This document shows, in pieces, positions 8,168 to 16,361 of a stretch of 64,000 nucleotides of DNA (position 1 is the stretch's first letter; each line of letters starts with the position of its first letter). Location of the stretch: the IMG/VR virus record IMGVR_UViG_3300037245_001295, positions 1-64,000 of that record, one strand, 5' to 3'. A program made the translations under genes and the position numbers. This stretch comes from a virus. The notes under the pieces were generated by a model. The model searched no databases. It saw only the letters and a list, made by a program, of their open reading frames with translations, and was not told the DNA's origin.

Positions 8168-8329
8168 ATGAATTACGTAGTAGCAGGGCTTGAAGGTGTT
8201 GGATTAGGCGTGTTGGCAGTCGTAGCCATCATTACCACCCCGATATGGTTGCCCCTTTGGCTCCTGGGCTATCGTGCGGCCCCGACCAAGTCTCAAATCG
8301 CAGAGCATATCGTAAGGAATTCGCGATGA
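8168..8329 (+). CDS. Small membrane peptide, family T (53 aa, not in ORF track)
   Basis: GGAGG RBS; TTPIWLPLWLLGY motif; stop overlaps next ATG. Confidence 0.7.
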   Translation: MNYVVAGLEGVGLGVLAVVAIITTPIWLPLWLLGYRAAPTKSQIAEHIVRNSR

Positions 8330-8652
8330 ACACAACAAAAATATGGCACGTCGCAGTCAAGACTGACTCAAACTTCAGGTGGCAGGGAATCTTTGCCTTT
8401 GAGCCAACTTTGCTTGACGTTGAAAGCGCCGTACACGGTGCCATCATTGCGGCCGACCTCAAATGTAAACGCAACCGCCCGCCCGATGAGTCTCTCCAGG
8501 AGTATTGGGAGTGTTTGAAGCGAGTCCGAGAAGTGTTGCTCCAGGCGAGTGATCTTTCTGATTACTCTAACTGGCACTCGGTTATGAATGGCCGAGTAGA
8601 AGTTGGCACCATCTATGTGTGGGGAGACAAACTATACACGGAATCCATTTGA
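8326..8652 (+). CDS. Paralog family A member
   Basis: WHVAVKT..WQGIFAFEPTLLDV..VGTI. Confidence 0.75.
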   Translation: MNTTKIWHVAVKTDSNFRWQGIFAFEPTLLDVESAVHGAIIAADLKCKRNRPPDESLQEYWECLKRVREVLLQASDLSDYSNWHSVMNGRVEVGTIYVWGDKLYTESI

Positions 8653-8676
8653 CAAACCCGCAGGATAGTGTATACT
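8649..8676 (+). promoter_or_regulatory. Sigma70-type early promoter
   Basis: TTGACA-16-TATACT. Confidence 0.85.
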
Positions 8677-8695
8677 TGTAATAGAGGAATTCGCG

Positions 8696-8941
8696 ATGAA
8701 CAGAACAAACACAATTTACCTAGTGACGCCTCCCTTTGAACGCCACGTGCTTGAAGGGTTCGCGACCGACGTTGAAGGTATCAAGCAGATTATGCGGAAT
8801 CACTACCACACGCACTTTGCCTACCCCAACATAGACGTGTCCATAGACATGGAAGCTTTGACCGTGACGGCGTCCGCACAACATTACGTGAAAATGTACC
8901 ACATCCGAGTAATCAAGAGGGCCGTATGCTCCACTGCATAG
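8696..8941 (+). CDS. Paralog family B member
   Basis: IYLVTP..LEGFATD.EGI..Y.IR.I. Confidence 0.75.
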   Translation: MNRTNTIYLVTPPFERHVLEGFATDVEGIKQIMRNHYHTHFAYPNIDVSIDMEALTVTASAQHYVKMYHIRVIKRAVCSTA

Positions 8942-9120
8942 AAATCACAGACGACTATCACATGGGCACGGCGGGGCGGCTTTGGGTATTCCTCGACATC
9001 GCGTCAGACATGTTCCTCAAGACGGACTGCGGGCGTCATGTGTTCAACCGCGAGGAGATCGAGGAGCACGCGCGAGTGTCAGAACTCAGGCGACTGATTT
9101 TTGGGGGAGAGAGAGTATGA
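8926..9120 (+). CDS. Small hypothetical protein
   Basis: 64-aa ORF coupled to neighbours. Confidence 0.6.
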   Translation: MLHCIEITDDYHMGTAGRLWVFLDIASDMFLKTDCGRHVFNREEIEEHARVSELRRLIFGGERV

Positions 9121-9374
9121 ACACCATCTACCTCGTGACGCCCAGCTTTTGCCACTGGGAGGGCAAGCTTGAAGGATTTGCGACCGATGCTGAAGGCATT
9201 GAGCAGATTGTCCAGGATCGCTACCTCAAACACTACCACTATCTCGGCCGTCAGCGTATCGGGCCAATCAACGTGCAAGTAGACATGTCTAAGTTCACAG
9301 TATTTGTGCGTGTGCCCAAGATCGGTCATAAACAAACCTACTACATCCGAGAGATCGGGAGAAAGATATGTTAG
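9117..9374 (+). CDS. Paralog family B member
   Basis: MNTIYLVTP..LEGFATDAEGI..TYYIREI. Confidence 0.75.
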   Translation: MNTIYLVTPSFCHWEGKLEGFATDAEGIEQIVQDRYLKHYHYLGRQRIGPINVQVDMSKFTVFVRVPKIGHKQTYYIREIGRKIC

Positions 9375-9514
9375 ACAAACTGTGGTATGACCTCCTGGGC
9401 AATGCGGATGATGTCATTGAAGATGTTCTTCACGGCGTCGGGGTAATTCTTCTCGTACTGACCGCGCCTCTGTGGCTACCGTTTTGGCTCCTTACCTACT
9501 TCATCAACAGGTGA
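9368..9514 (+). CDS. Small membrane peptide, family T (48 aa, not in ORF track)
   Basis: TAPLWLPFWLLTY motif shared with 8168 ORF. Confidence 0.65.
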   Translation: MLDKLWYDLLGNADDVIEDVLHGVGVILLVLTAPLWLPFWLLTYFINR

Positions 9515-9518
9515 TAAC

Positions 9519-9737
9519 ATGACGCCAGAGATCATCGACCTGTGCCTAGAGTTGGAATGCACCTGCTCCTACAACTGTGAATGGCAATACACGGACCGCC
9601 CTGTGCTAAAGCACTGGTGGTACATCGCCAGCATTAGGCCTCGGGAATCCAACTGTTCCATCAACGCCTGCCTAGACTCTTGCTTGCAGACGGCCTTGGA
9701 TTGTCTGAAACAGATCAAAGCCCAGAGGACGCCATGA
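9519..9737 (+). CDS. Paralog family C member
   Basis: IIDLCLELEC..CLQ..LKQIK. Confidence 0.7.
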   Translation: MTPEIIDLCLELECTCSYNCEWQYTDRPVLKHWWYIASIRPRESNCSINACLDSCLQTALDCLKQIKAQRTP

Positions 9738-9789
9738 CCGCAGATGAACTCCGACGCACGAAGGGCGAACGAGCCTGGAGGGACCAGTA

Positions 9790-10062
9790 ATGAACGTGTG
9801 GAAAATCTGCATCGAGACAGTTAATCAATTGTGGTGGCACGAAGCCCCCATCACACCTTGCTGGCAGTATATCCTAGCCGTGCTGCGGGAAGAAATGTCT
9901 GATGACAACAACCTGCACGAATCAATTGAACTTGTGCAATATCTTATGGTGTATCACAGCATAGGATTTGTGGGGACTACGAATAAGGAATTTGTCGCCA
10001 AGATCGCTGGCACCTGCGTCGGCACCGTTGAGATCAGGCGTGTAACGCGGGAGACGCTATGA
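9790..10062 (+). CDS. Divergent paralog family A member
   Basis: WKICIET..W..P..KIAGTCVGTV. Confidence 0.65.
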   Translation: MNVWKICIETVNQLWWHEAPITPCWQYILAVLREEMSDDNNLHESIELVQYLMVYHSIGFVGTTNKEFVAKIAGTCVGTVEIRRVTRETL

Positions 10063-10307
10063 TCGACGCCATCTATCTCGTGACGCCATCCAAGGGATAT
10101 TTGGATGACATTTTTGAAGGGTTCGCGGCCGGTGCCCGGGGCGTTGAGCGAATTGTGCGAGATCATTACCGCACGTATTCATACATCGAGTTGACCAGTG
10201 TGCGAGTCGATATGGACGAGCGTACAGTGGTAGCGATCGAGGAGGACGGCGACGAACGGACCTATTACATCCGAGAGATTAGGAGGCATGCTGATGAACA
10301 AGACTGA
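10059..10307 (+). CDS. Paralog family B member
   Basis: IYLVTP..FEGFA..TYYIREI. Confidence 0.75.
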   Translation: MIDAIYLVTPSKGYLDDIFEGFAAGARGVERIVRDHYRTYSYIELTSVRVDMDERTVVAIEEDGDERTYYIREIRRHADEQD

Positions 10308-10593
10308 ATTTTGGGTAATCCATGTGACGGTCCAGACACTATCGTGGGAAGGTAAATTCACGGCCCAGCCGAAGTTGCGCGATGTACTCGCCGCATTGAC
10401 TGAGGAAAATCTACGCGAACGATATGCCACCTTGATCGAACTTGTGGAATACACCATCAACGTTACCACGGGACACAGTGCGGCGTTCGCCCTCCCAAAG
10501 GCCGTGAAGATCGCGGGCTGTATAATCGGAACATTTGCCTCGCGGATAGACCGGGCGTACAACAACGACCTAGAACTCTCGGAGGCGTGCTGA
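10288..10593 (+). CDS. Paralog family A member
   Basis: WVIHVT..WEGKFTAQPKLRDV..KIAGCIIGT. Confidence 0.75.
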   Translation: MLMNKTEFWVIHVTVQTLSWEGKFTAQPKLRDVLAALTEENLRERYATLIELVEYTINVTTGHSAAFALPKAVKIAGCIIGTFASRIDRAYNNDLELSEAC

Positions 10594-10880
10594 TGGATAC
10601 TGACACAGTCTGGACGGTAACGATTAACTCGCTCGCCCCAGGCGCCCGTGCTTGGCAGCGCCGCTTCCTTGGTAAGCCGATTATCCACGACATCAGGGAC
10701 GCATTGGAACACGAGGGCAAACAGCCAGAGGGTTCGGTCGAAGTCTTCGCTGACCTTGCGTCCCGCCTGCCCGTGTGTTTTCACGAGAAGGCTATGAACG
10801 GCCGTGGCTACATTATCTATGCCGCCCAGGTCGAAATTGGCAGCGTCAGTCTCAAGGAGTGGGAGGTTTACACGCGATGA
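10593..10880 (+). CDS. Paralog family A member
   Basis: WTVTI..WQRRFLGKPIIHDI..EIGSV. Confidence 0.75.
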   Translation: MDTDTVWTVTINSLAPGARAWQRRFLGKPIIHDIRDALEHEGKQPEGSVEVFADLASRLPVCFHEKAMNGRGYIIYAAQVEIGSVSLKEWEVYTR

Positions 10881-11173
10881 GACGAGTGACTTACTGGAGA
10901 GTGATGGTCTACATCATAGCCTCACGCACGACTTGGACTCGGAGCTTCGGATTCAAGCCAATGATGGAGGACATCCTAAATGCCCTCTACGCAGAGTGGA
11001 ACGGAGGTGCGCCGTGGTCAAAGCTATGCCGCGACCTCAGGTTGTTTGTCGCAGTTGCCGACCGTGCCCCGTTCGATTTTTCCGACGACTCCGGCACCCA
11101 CTGTGTCGTAGAAATCGAGGACACCCCCGTTGGCCATATCCGCATGAAGAAAGAGGAGATGTACACACGATGA
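10877..11173 (+). CDS. Paralog family A member
   Basis: WRVMV..WTRSFGFKPMMEDI..VGHI. Confidence 0.75.
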   Translation: MRRVTYWRVMVYIIASRTTWTRSFGFKPMMEDILNALYAEWNGGAPWSKLCRDLRLFVAVADRAPFDFSDDSGTHCVVEIEDTPVGHIRMKKEEMYTR

Positions 11174-11481
11174 ACATACTACCGAGTAAGACTTACGTGT
11201 ATGAAGTGACCCTGGCGACGACTAACGGTCCAAACTGGACCCGAAGCTTCACGTTCGACCCGACCCTAGCAGACATCGTGGCCACGTTGAAACTTGAGGT
11301 GAAGTATTCAACCTTCTGCGCTATTGGGCGATACCTGAAACGGCTGATTGAGCTAATAGATTACATCCCCAACGGGTCGAACTGGGCGGTGCGAAGCGTT
11401 CCCTACGCTATCAGTGCTGTCGGGACAACGCTCGGAACCATTTATCGCAGTAAAACGGAGGCGTACGAGAAATGCAAGTAG
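11170..11481 (+). CDS. Paralog family A member
   Basis: YEVTLAT..WTRSFTFDPTLADI..LGTI. Confidence 0.75.
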   Translation: MNILPSKTYVYEVTLATTNGPNWTRSFTFDPTLADIVATLKLEVKYSTFCAIGRYLKRLIELIDYIPNGSNWAVRSVPYAISAVGTTLGTIYRSKTEAYEKCK

Positions 11482-11798
11482 CAAAGACGTGGAAAGTTTC
11501 TGTCGCGACAGTCCACAACGGCGAGTGGAAGGGGATATTCCTCTTCCAACCAACCAGTCAGGATGTGATAAACGCCATCTCAGGCGTCATCACAGACGGG
11601 CAGCGGGAGTTGGAGCGGTGCGATCCCGGAGACGCGGACGAAGTTGAATCCTATCAGGAACGTCTACGGCATTTGCGAGACGTGGCGCAGCACGCGATGC
11701 ACGGCTTCGCGAACACGGAAGTCCGTAAGCGGATTCTCGTAGCGGGCACCCTTGTTGGAACCATCCGAGTATCCTTTGAACGAGCGTTTATCAAATGA
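11472..11798 (+). CDS. Paralog family A member
   Basis: WKVSVAT..WKGIFLFQPTSQDV..VAGTLVGTI. Confidence 0.75.
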   Translation: MQVAKTWKVSVATVHNGEWKGIFLFQPTSQDVINAISGVITDGQRELERCDPGDADEVESYQERLRHLRDVAQHAMHGFANTEVRKRILVAGTLVGTIRVSFERAFIK

Positions 11799-11944
11799 AC
11801 AACAGCAACACGAACGTAATAGTACAGTCTGTGATCGACTTGGCCAAGGCGGCTAAGCTAGCCTTGGAGATCGTGTATGAGAGAGAACAGGCCCGCCTGG
11901 ACAAAGCCATCGCGGATGGCGAGGAGCTATTGAAAGATGCCTGA
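11795..11944 (+). CDS. Small helical hypothetical protein (49 aa, not in ORF track)
   Basis: ATGA coupling to upstream gene; fills the gap. Confidence 0.55.
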   Translation: MNNSNTNVIVQSVIDLAKAAKLALEIVYEREQARLDKAIADGEELLKDA

Positions 11945-12245
11945 ATTCGAGAAAGACCCCAGCGGACAGGCGAGTTGCCGCAACCGCGTAGTATGCAACG
12001 ATGATCCGTGGTCCAAGGATGACTGTGCGAAGTTCAAAAGATACTGCCGCTACAGCGAGGACTGCCGAGTCCCGATCCCGGTGAAAGAGGGGATTAAGGT
12101 GGAAATACCGCCGCGTGACTGGCTGCTGGCACGATTAGGGGCCACGGGCGGAATCGCCCCAGAGTATGGCATCGCCATGCTGGACAGAATCGAGCAACTG
12201 GAACGTGACCTGGGGGTGGCAAATGAAACCAGCAATCGCACATAA
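11937..12245 (+). CDS. Cys-containing hypothetical protein, family D
   Basis: SCR.R..DDP..C..C.Y.EDCRV.IP shared with 12543 gene. Confidence 0.7.
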   Translation: MPEFEKDPSGQASCRNRVVCNDDPWSKDDCAKFKRYCRYSEDCRVPIPVKEGIKVEIPPRDWLLARLGATGGIAPEYGIAMLDRIEQLERDLGVANETSNRT

Positions 12246-12546
12246 GGTGACTGTCTCCACGCGGGGCGGCAATGTATGGGCCGGGCGATTCGTGGGGAAA
12301 CCGACGCGCAAAGACGTAGTCGCCGCCATTCAGTACGGCATTGACGCAGTCGTGAAGAATTTGGGTAAAAAGTGCGGGGACATAGGTTACTATACGTGGC
12401 GGCTGCGTGAGGCTTTGGAGATCATGGCGAATGCACCGTCCTACTTCGCCATGGATGATCGCGAGTACAGAATCGAGGTGGGAGCCACTTTGATCGGGAC
12501 GATTCAAACCCTCAGGTGTACGGTGTATATTGAGGACGCAGAATGA
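12223..12546 (+). CDS. Paralog family A member
   Basis: HKVTVST..WAGRFVGKPTRKDV..VGATLIGTI. Confidence 0.75.
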   Translation: MKPAIAHKVTVSTRGGNVWAGRFVGKPTRKDVVAAIQYGIDAVVKNLGKKCGDIGYYTWRLREALEIMANAPSYFAMDDREYRIEVGATLIGTIQTLRCTVYIEDAE

Positions 12547-12866
12547 TCGAACATCAACAAGACGCCGATGGAGTCGTAAGTTGCAGGTACCGACTACCGC
12601 CGGACGACGACCCCAACACAATAGGGTGGTGTATGTTGCGTAAGGAACCCTGCCAGTATTGCGAGGATTGCCGAGTCACGATCCCGACAAATCTCTCGCT
12701 GGTAGTCAATGCAGCGGAGGAACTGGTGACGGCTTCGCACGAGCTTGTGGAGATCATGGTGGACCTGGGCTACGACCGCGAGGGAAGCTGCCGCGAAGAC
12801 TTGGACGCAGCACGGAAGGCACTGACCACTGTCAAAGCTATCCTCAAACATCAGGAGGAAGCGTGA
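12543..12866 (+). CDS. Family D mosaic protein
   Basis: N-half like 11937 gene, C-half like 15140 gene. Confidence 0.7.
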   Translation: MIEHQQDADGVVSCRYRLPPDDDPNTIGWCMLRKEPCQYCEDCRVTIPTNLSLVVNAAEELVTASHELVEIMVDLGYDREGSCREDLDAARKALTTVKAILKHQEEA

Positions 12867-13001
12867 ACGCCACCGAGAGAACGAAGTTCCGAAAGCATCT
12901 GGAGTGGGCCACTAAGATCGTAGCAACGTGGCCGCCCTGGAAGCGCAACCTGCTGGAGGACAGTCTGAAATCAACATGCCCGAGACGCGAGGGAAGATAC
13001 A

Positions 13002-13406
13002 ATGAAAGCTTCAGAAGCAAAAGCAGCCGCAGCTAGGATTAGGGACATGCGGAAGAAGAAAGCAGAAAGAGATCACAAAGAATGGCAACAAAGAGAGAAA
13101 AAACGAATAGCAAAAGAGAGAAAAGAGCGGCTTGAGTGGTGGTCAGAGGTGGGCTGGGCTGACCTCCAGAAACGCATCAATAAGGCTGTGGGGGAGGGTA
13201 AGACTCATATTTTACGGGAATGGATCAGACTTGCTATGGGGGGATTGCCTGATGAGATTGTGGACCGACTCAGAAAAGATGGTTTTCAAGTAGAATCCGG
13301 CCTCGAAGGTGGTCCAACTCCGTGTGACCCCGGTTGTGGGGACTATTTCCCCTTTTACAAAATCAGTTGGAAACATCCAACGTCAGAGACAGACAATGGA
13401 CAATGA
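13002..13406 (+). CDS. Hypothetical charged protein
   Basis: 134-aa ORF with RBS. Confidence 0.7.
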   Translation: MKASEAKAAAARIRDMRKKKAERDHKEWQQREKKRIAKERKERLEWWSEVGWADLQKRINKAVGEGKTHILREWIRLAMGGLPDEIVDRLRKDGFQVESGLEGGPTPCDPGCGDYFPFYKISWKHPTSETDNGQ

Positions 13407-13776
13407 CTGCGAACGGCCCACGGTGGCTGATCTCATAACCAGGATGAACGATCATACAACAGACAAAGACCGCCCATTCACCGGCCAACCGCATACACAC
13501 CAGGGCCAACGCGGCAAGACCATGGTTGGGGGGATTAGGTTTAGGGATTTGGCCGATTGTGTTGCACGGGCCTTTGTCCACTCGGCTGGATTCACACTTG
13601 ATGACCCTGATGTGATATACGGACGGGCTGAGGATGGTACGCTCAACTACAATGACCTACACGATCTGGATTTATCTCGGATGGACCCAGTAGCATTGAT
13701 TCAAAACACGGTCTGCGAAGTTGAGAAAGCAATGGGGATATACCCGAACATTGAGGCCAACAATGGACAGAAGTAG
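13396..13776 (+). CDS. Hypothetical phage protein
   Basis: Coupled ORF in operon. Confidence 0.7.
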   Translation: MDNDCERPTVADLITRMNDHTTDKDRPFTGQPHTHQGQRGKTMVGGIRFRDLADCVARAFVHSAGFTLDDPDVIYGRAEDGTLNYNDLHDLDLSRMDPVALIQNTVCEVEKAMGIYPNIEANNGQK

Positions 13777-13966
13777 CGACTACTCATTGGAAGACACGTA
13801 CCAATGGTTGAAAAAGGAATTTCCCGCTATACGGCCTACCGGTATAGATGTCTTGGCGGAAGCCATCACGGAGAAGCTCGCCAGGGCTTACAGGAACGGA
13901 CGGGACGACGGCCGGGCAACAGCGGCCGAGGACATCATCAAGACCTCGACGAGACTTTACCCATGA
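13763..13966 (+). CDS. Small hypothetical protein
   Basis: GAGG RBS; coupled. Confidence 0.6.
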   Translation: MDRSSDYSLEDTYQWLKKEFPAIRPTGIDVLAEAITEKLARAYRNGRDDGRATAAEDIIKTSTRLYP

Positions 13967-14175
13967 AACATGCAGAACCCACAGTCGATCACTTAGAGCG
14001 AATAGCCGACTACGAAACTACATCCGTCTACAACTTCATATCACTGCGGCATGTGCTCGACTTCTTTAAGGAGCGGGGGGTTGATCTTGACGACGTCTTT
14101 ATCGAAGGCTCATACGGCGGAAGCAGCCCTACTGAGGACGACTGCCCGGTATTTACTTGGAGGCACCCACAATGA
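13963..14175 (+). CDS. Small hypothetical protein
   Basis: ATGA overlaps on both sides. Confidence 0.6.
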   Translation: MKHAEPTVDHLERIADYETTSVYNFISLRHVLDFFKERGVDLDDVFIEGSYGGSSPTEDDCPVFTWRHPQ

Positions 14176-14690
14176 ACATCATCCAACATGCCGCACAGCT
14201 TGCAAACGCCTTGCACAGAGGGCAGACCCGAGCCTGCGGCGAGCCTTACATTAACCACCCGCTGCGGGTGGCCGGAGCGGTGACGCTCCTCGACGATGCC
14301 ACAGAAGATATGATCGCGGTGGCGTGGCTCCATGACGTGTATGAAGACACCCTCTTCAGCGCGCCGTCATTGGTGAATCCTTTCGGCCATCCCGTAAATG
14401 AGATGGTCGTAGAACTGACGAACAGGTTCACCAAGGAAGCCTTTCCAGCATTAAACCGTGCGAAGCGGAAGGCGTCTGAGACTTGGCGTCTGGCTAGCAT
14501 CCCGCCGCAAGCACAGATCATCAAGCTCTGTGATCGCATTGACAACCTGAGGACAATCGGAGCCAAGGGGCGGGGGTTCGCGTTGCTCTACTGTGACGAG
14601 AGTGACGCCCTCGCGAAGGCACTGACCGCTGCTCCAGACCTCCAGGAGGAAATTTTCAAACTTACCCAGGAGCTTAGAGCCAATGGATAA
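14172..14690 (+). CDS. HD-domain small alarmone hydrolase-like protein (RelA/SpoT/Mesh1 type)
   Basis: H.GQ.R..GEPYI.HP, LHDVYED and IKLCDRIDNLR motifs. Confidence 0.9.
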   Translation: MNIIQHAAQLANALHRGQTRACGEPYINHPLRVAGAVTLLDDATEDMIAVAWLHDVYEDTLFSAPSLVNPFGHPVNEMVVELTNRFTKEAFPALNRAKRKASETWRLASIPPQAQIIKLCDRIDNLRTIGAKGRGFALLYCDESDALAKALTAAPDLQEEIFKLTQELRANG

Positions 14691-14913
14691 AAACACAGCG
14701 TCAATTCGTAAGCTGGGCGAGGTACTCAAGACGAACTCAGAGCACGCGACGGGGAACACGGGGTTCATCATGTGCTACTGCGCTGACGAGATCGACCGGT
14801 TGCGAGATGATTTGACCGAGGTGCGAAAGTCCATGGCGAACGCCGCAGCGTACCTCAGGCAAGCTCAACGAGAGGCCGAACACGCCGCCGACCCGGAGAA
14901 CTTTGAGATATGA
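14683..14913 (+). CDS. Hypothetical protein
   Basis: Coupled ORF. Confidence 0.65.
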   Translation: MDKNTASIRKLGEVLKTNSEHATGNTGFIMCYCADEIDRLRDDLTEVRKSMANAAAYLRQAQREAEHAADPENFEI

Positions 14914-15143
14914 GATACAAAGTCATCAACGAGAGCGTGAGCGCACACTGCTGCTTTGAGGCAACAGTCGTAGATACGCAGACACGGTGCGTGGCGTACC
15001 CCGAGCGCGGGCGAACCTTGTGCGAGTGTTTCAGCCGGGCCGACGCCCAGCGGGTGGCCAGGGCTTTGAATGCGGAGGAGGACGGTGTGGATCAAGGCAT
15101 AGTTAACGCATGCAAGGCAGCAGCGCTGCTGGAGGGTGAATGA
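14910..15143 (+). CDS. Hypothetical phage protein
   Basis: Coupled ORF; HCCFEATVVDT..CECF..A..LN pattern. Confidence 0.7.
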   Translation: MRYKVINESVSAHCCFEATVVDTQTRCVAYPERGRTLCECFSRADAQRVARALNAEEDGVDQGIVNACKAAALLEGE

Positions 15144-15496
15144 TGGATAAGTGCATCCAAGTGTTGAAGAAGCTAGTGAGGTCTTGCGAATATCTCATTG
15201 AAGACATGGAGATACTAGGCCTCGATGGCGAAGGCTATTGGGAGGACATGAACGAGGCGCGGCAGTGCATCGCCAGGGCTCACAAGTTATTCAAGTACAG
15301 GGAGGCAGAGCAGAAGGTGCGCGACGCCTTTGTCGCGGCGGGCATTGATCTTGGCGTGGACTATTCCGATCAACTAACCAGCGACGACCGAGCCCGTTTT
15401 GGGGCCGCAATGAATGCGTGCTGGAATAACAACGGCTACGATTCCACACCCGTGGATATTCTGTTGAAAGAATTCAGGGAGAAGTACAATGACTAA
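15140..15496 (+). CDS. Hypothetical protein
   Basis: Coupled ORF; shares helical segment with 12543 gene. Confidence 0.7.
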   Translation: MMDKCIQVLKKLVRSCEYLIEDMEILGLDGEGYWEDMNEARQCIARAHKLFKYREAEQKVRDAFVAAGIDLGVDYSDQLTSDDRARFGAAMNACWNNNGYDSTPVDILLKEFREKYND

Positions 15497-16100
15497 CGCA
15501 GCGCGATACCGACAACACCATGTTACCGTCGCCAAATTGATGGACCGGTTGAGCAATGACGACAAGATGCGTCTGGTCCAGGCTTTCAATGAGGCGTGGG
15601 CAGTCGGTGGCTTTGGTATAGGCTCATACGATCCGGGGCCGGTGGACGAGGTGTTGGCCGTTATCGAGGAGAGGGAGGGTGTGCCCGAATTCAAGGTGTC
15701 CGAATTCAAGGTGTTGGCACGGATCGGCGGGACCGGGTCGTATGAGCATACCCCAGAGCCACGGTACACAACAAGCTGTGAAGCCGCCCAGACCTTTGTA
15801 TTTGACGGAGATGACCCCTTGACAATGGGTCAGATTGTCGAACGCTTGAACAGCCAGCAGTGTGAGATCGACCGGCTCACCACCGGACTCCCAAAGACAA
15901 AGGATGGTGTGCCGGTGACGCCGGGAATGGTACTGATCGTCGGCCACCCTGAGACACAGGAGTTGTGGGAATTGAACGTGGTGTTAATGGGTAAGGAACA
16001 CTTCATGTATGGCTGGCCGCACCACGGGAAACTTTGTCGCTATGACGAGTGCTGGAGTACCGCTGACGCCGCCATAGCCGACGCCAACAAACTGCGATGA
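15489..16100 (+). CDS. Hypothetical modular phage protein
   Basis: 203 aa; LPKTKDGVPVTPGM module. Confidence 0.7.
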   Translation: MTNAARYRQHHVTVAKLMDRLSNDDKMRLVQAFNEAWAVGGFGIGSYDPGPVDEVLAVIEEREGVPEFKVSEFKVLARIGGTGSYEHTPEPRYTTSCEAAQTFVFDGDDPLTMGQIVERLNSQQCEIDRLTTGLPKTKDGVPVTPGMVLIVGHPETQELWELNVVLMGKEHFMYGWPHHGKLCRYDECWSTADAAIADANKLR

Positions 16101-16159
16101 TCCACTCGGCCGCCCGGTAAACCTGTCCGTTTTTCACCGGATGAGTAAGGTTTACCTTG

Positions 16160-16187
16160 AAAGCCTACCAAATTGGTAGGCTTTTTC
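16160..16187 (+). terminator. Rho-independent terminator ending the early region
   Basis: AAAGCCTACCA-AAT-TGGTAGGCTTT followed by T run. Confidence 0.85.
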
Positions 16188-16294
16188 TATGCGCCGACCC
16201 CCTCATTCTGGGGGTCATTTGCCGCGTCGTTGACCCCGACAACCAAAATAATCCGACTATTTGGCATAAAAGGCACAATCCCATTGCCGCTCGA

Positions 16295-16322
16295 CTCCGT
16301 TTGGCGTAATATAGAAGTATAG
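16295..16322 (+). promoter_or_regulatory. Second-class promoter motif CTCCGTTTGGCGTAATATAGAAGTATAG
   Basis: 28 bp identical to copies at 58201-58228(-) and 58700-58727(+); each precedes an operon start. Confidence 0.75.
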
Positions 16323-16361
16323 AGGGAGAAGCCCGCCCTTTAACCTTTTGCGAGGACGCCC

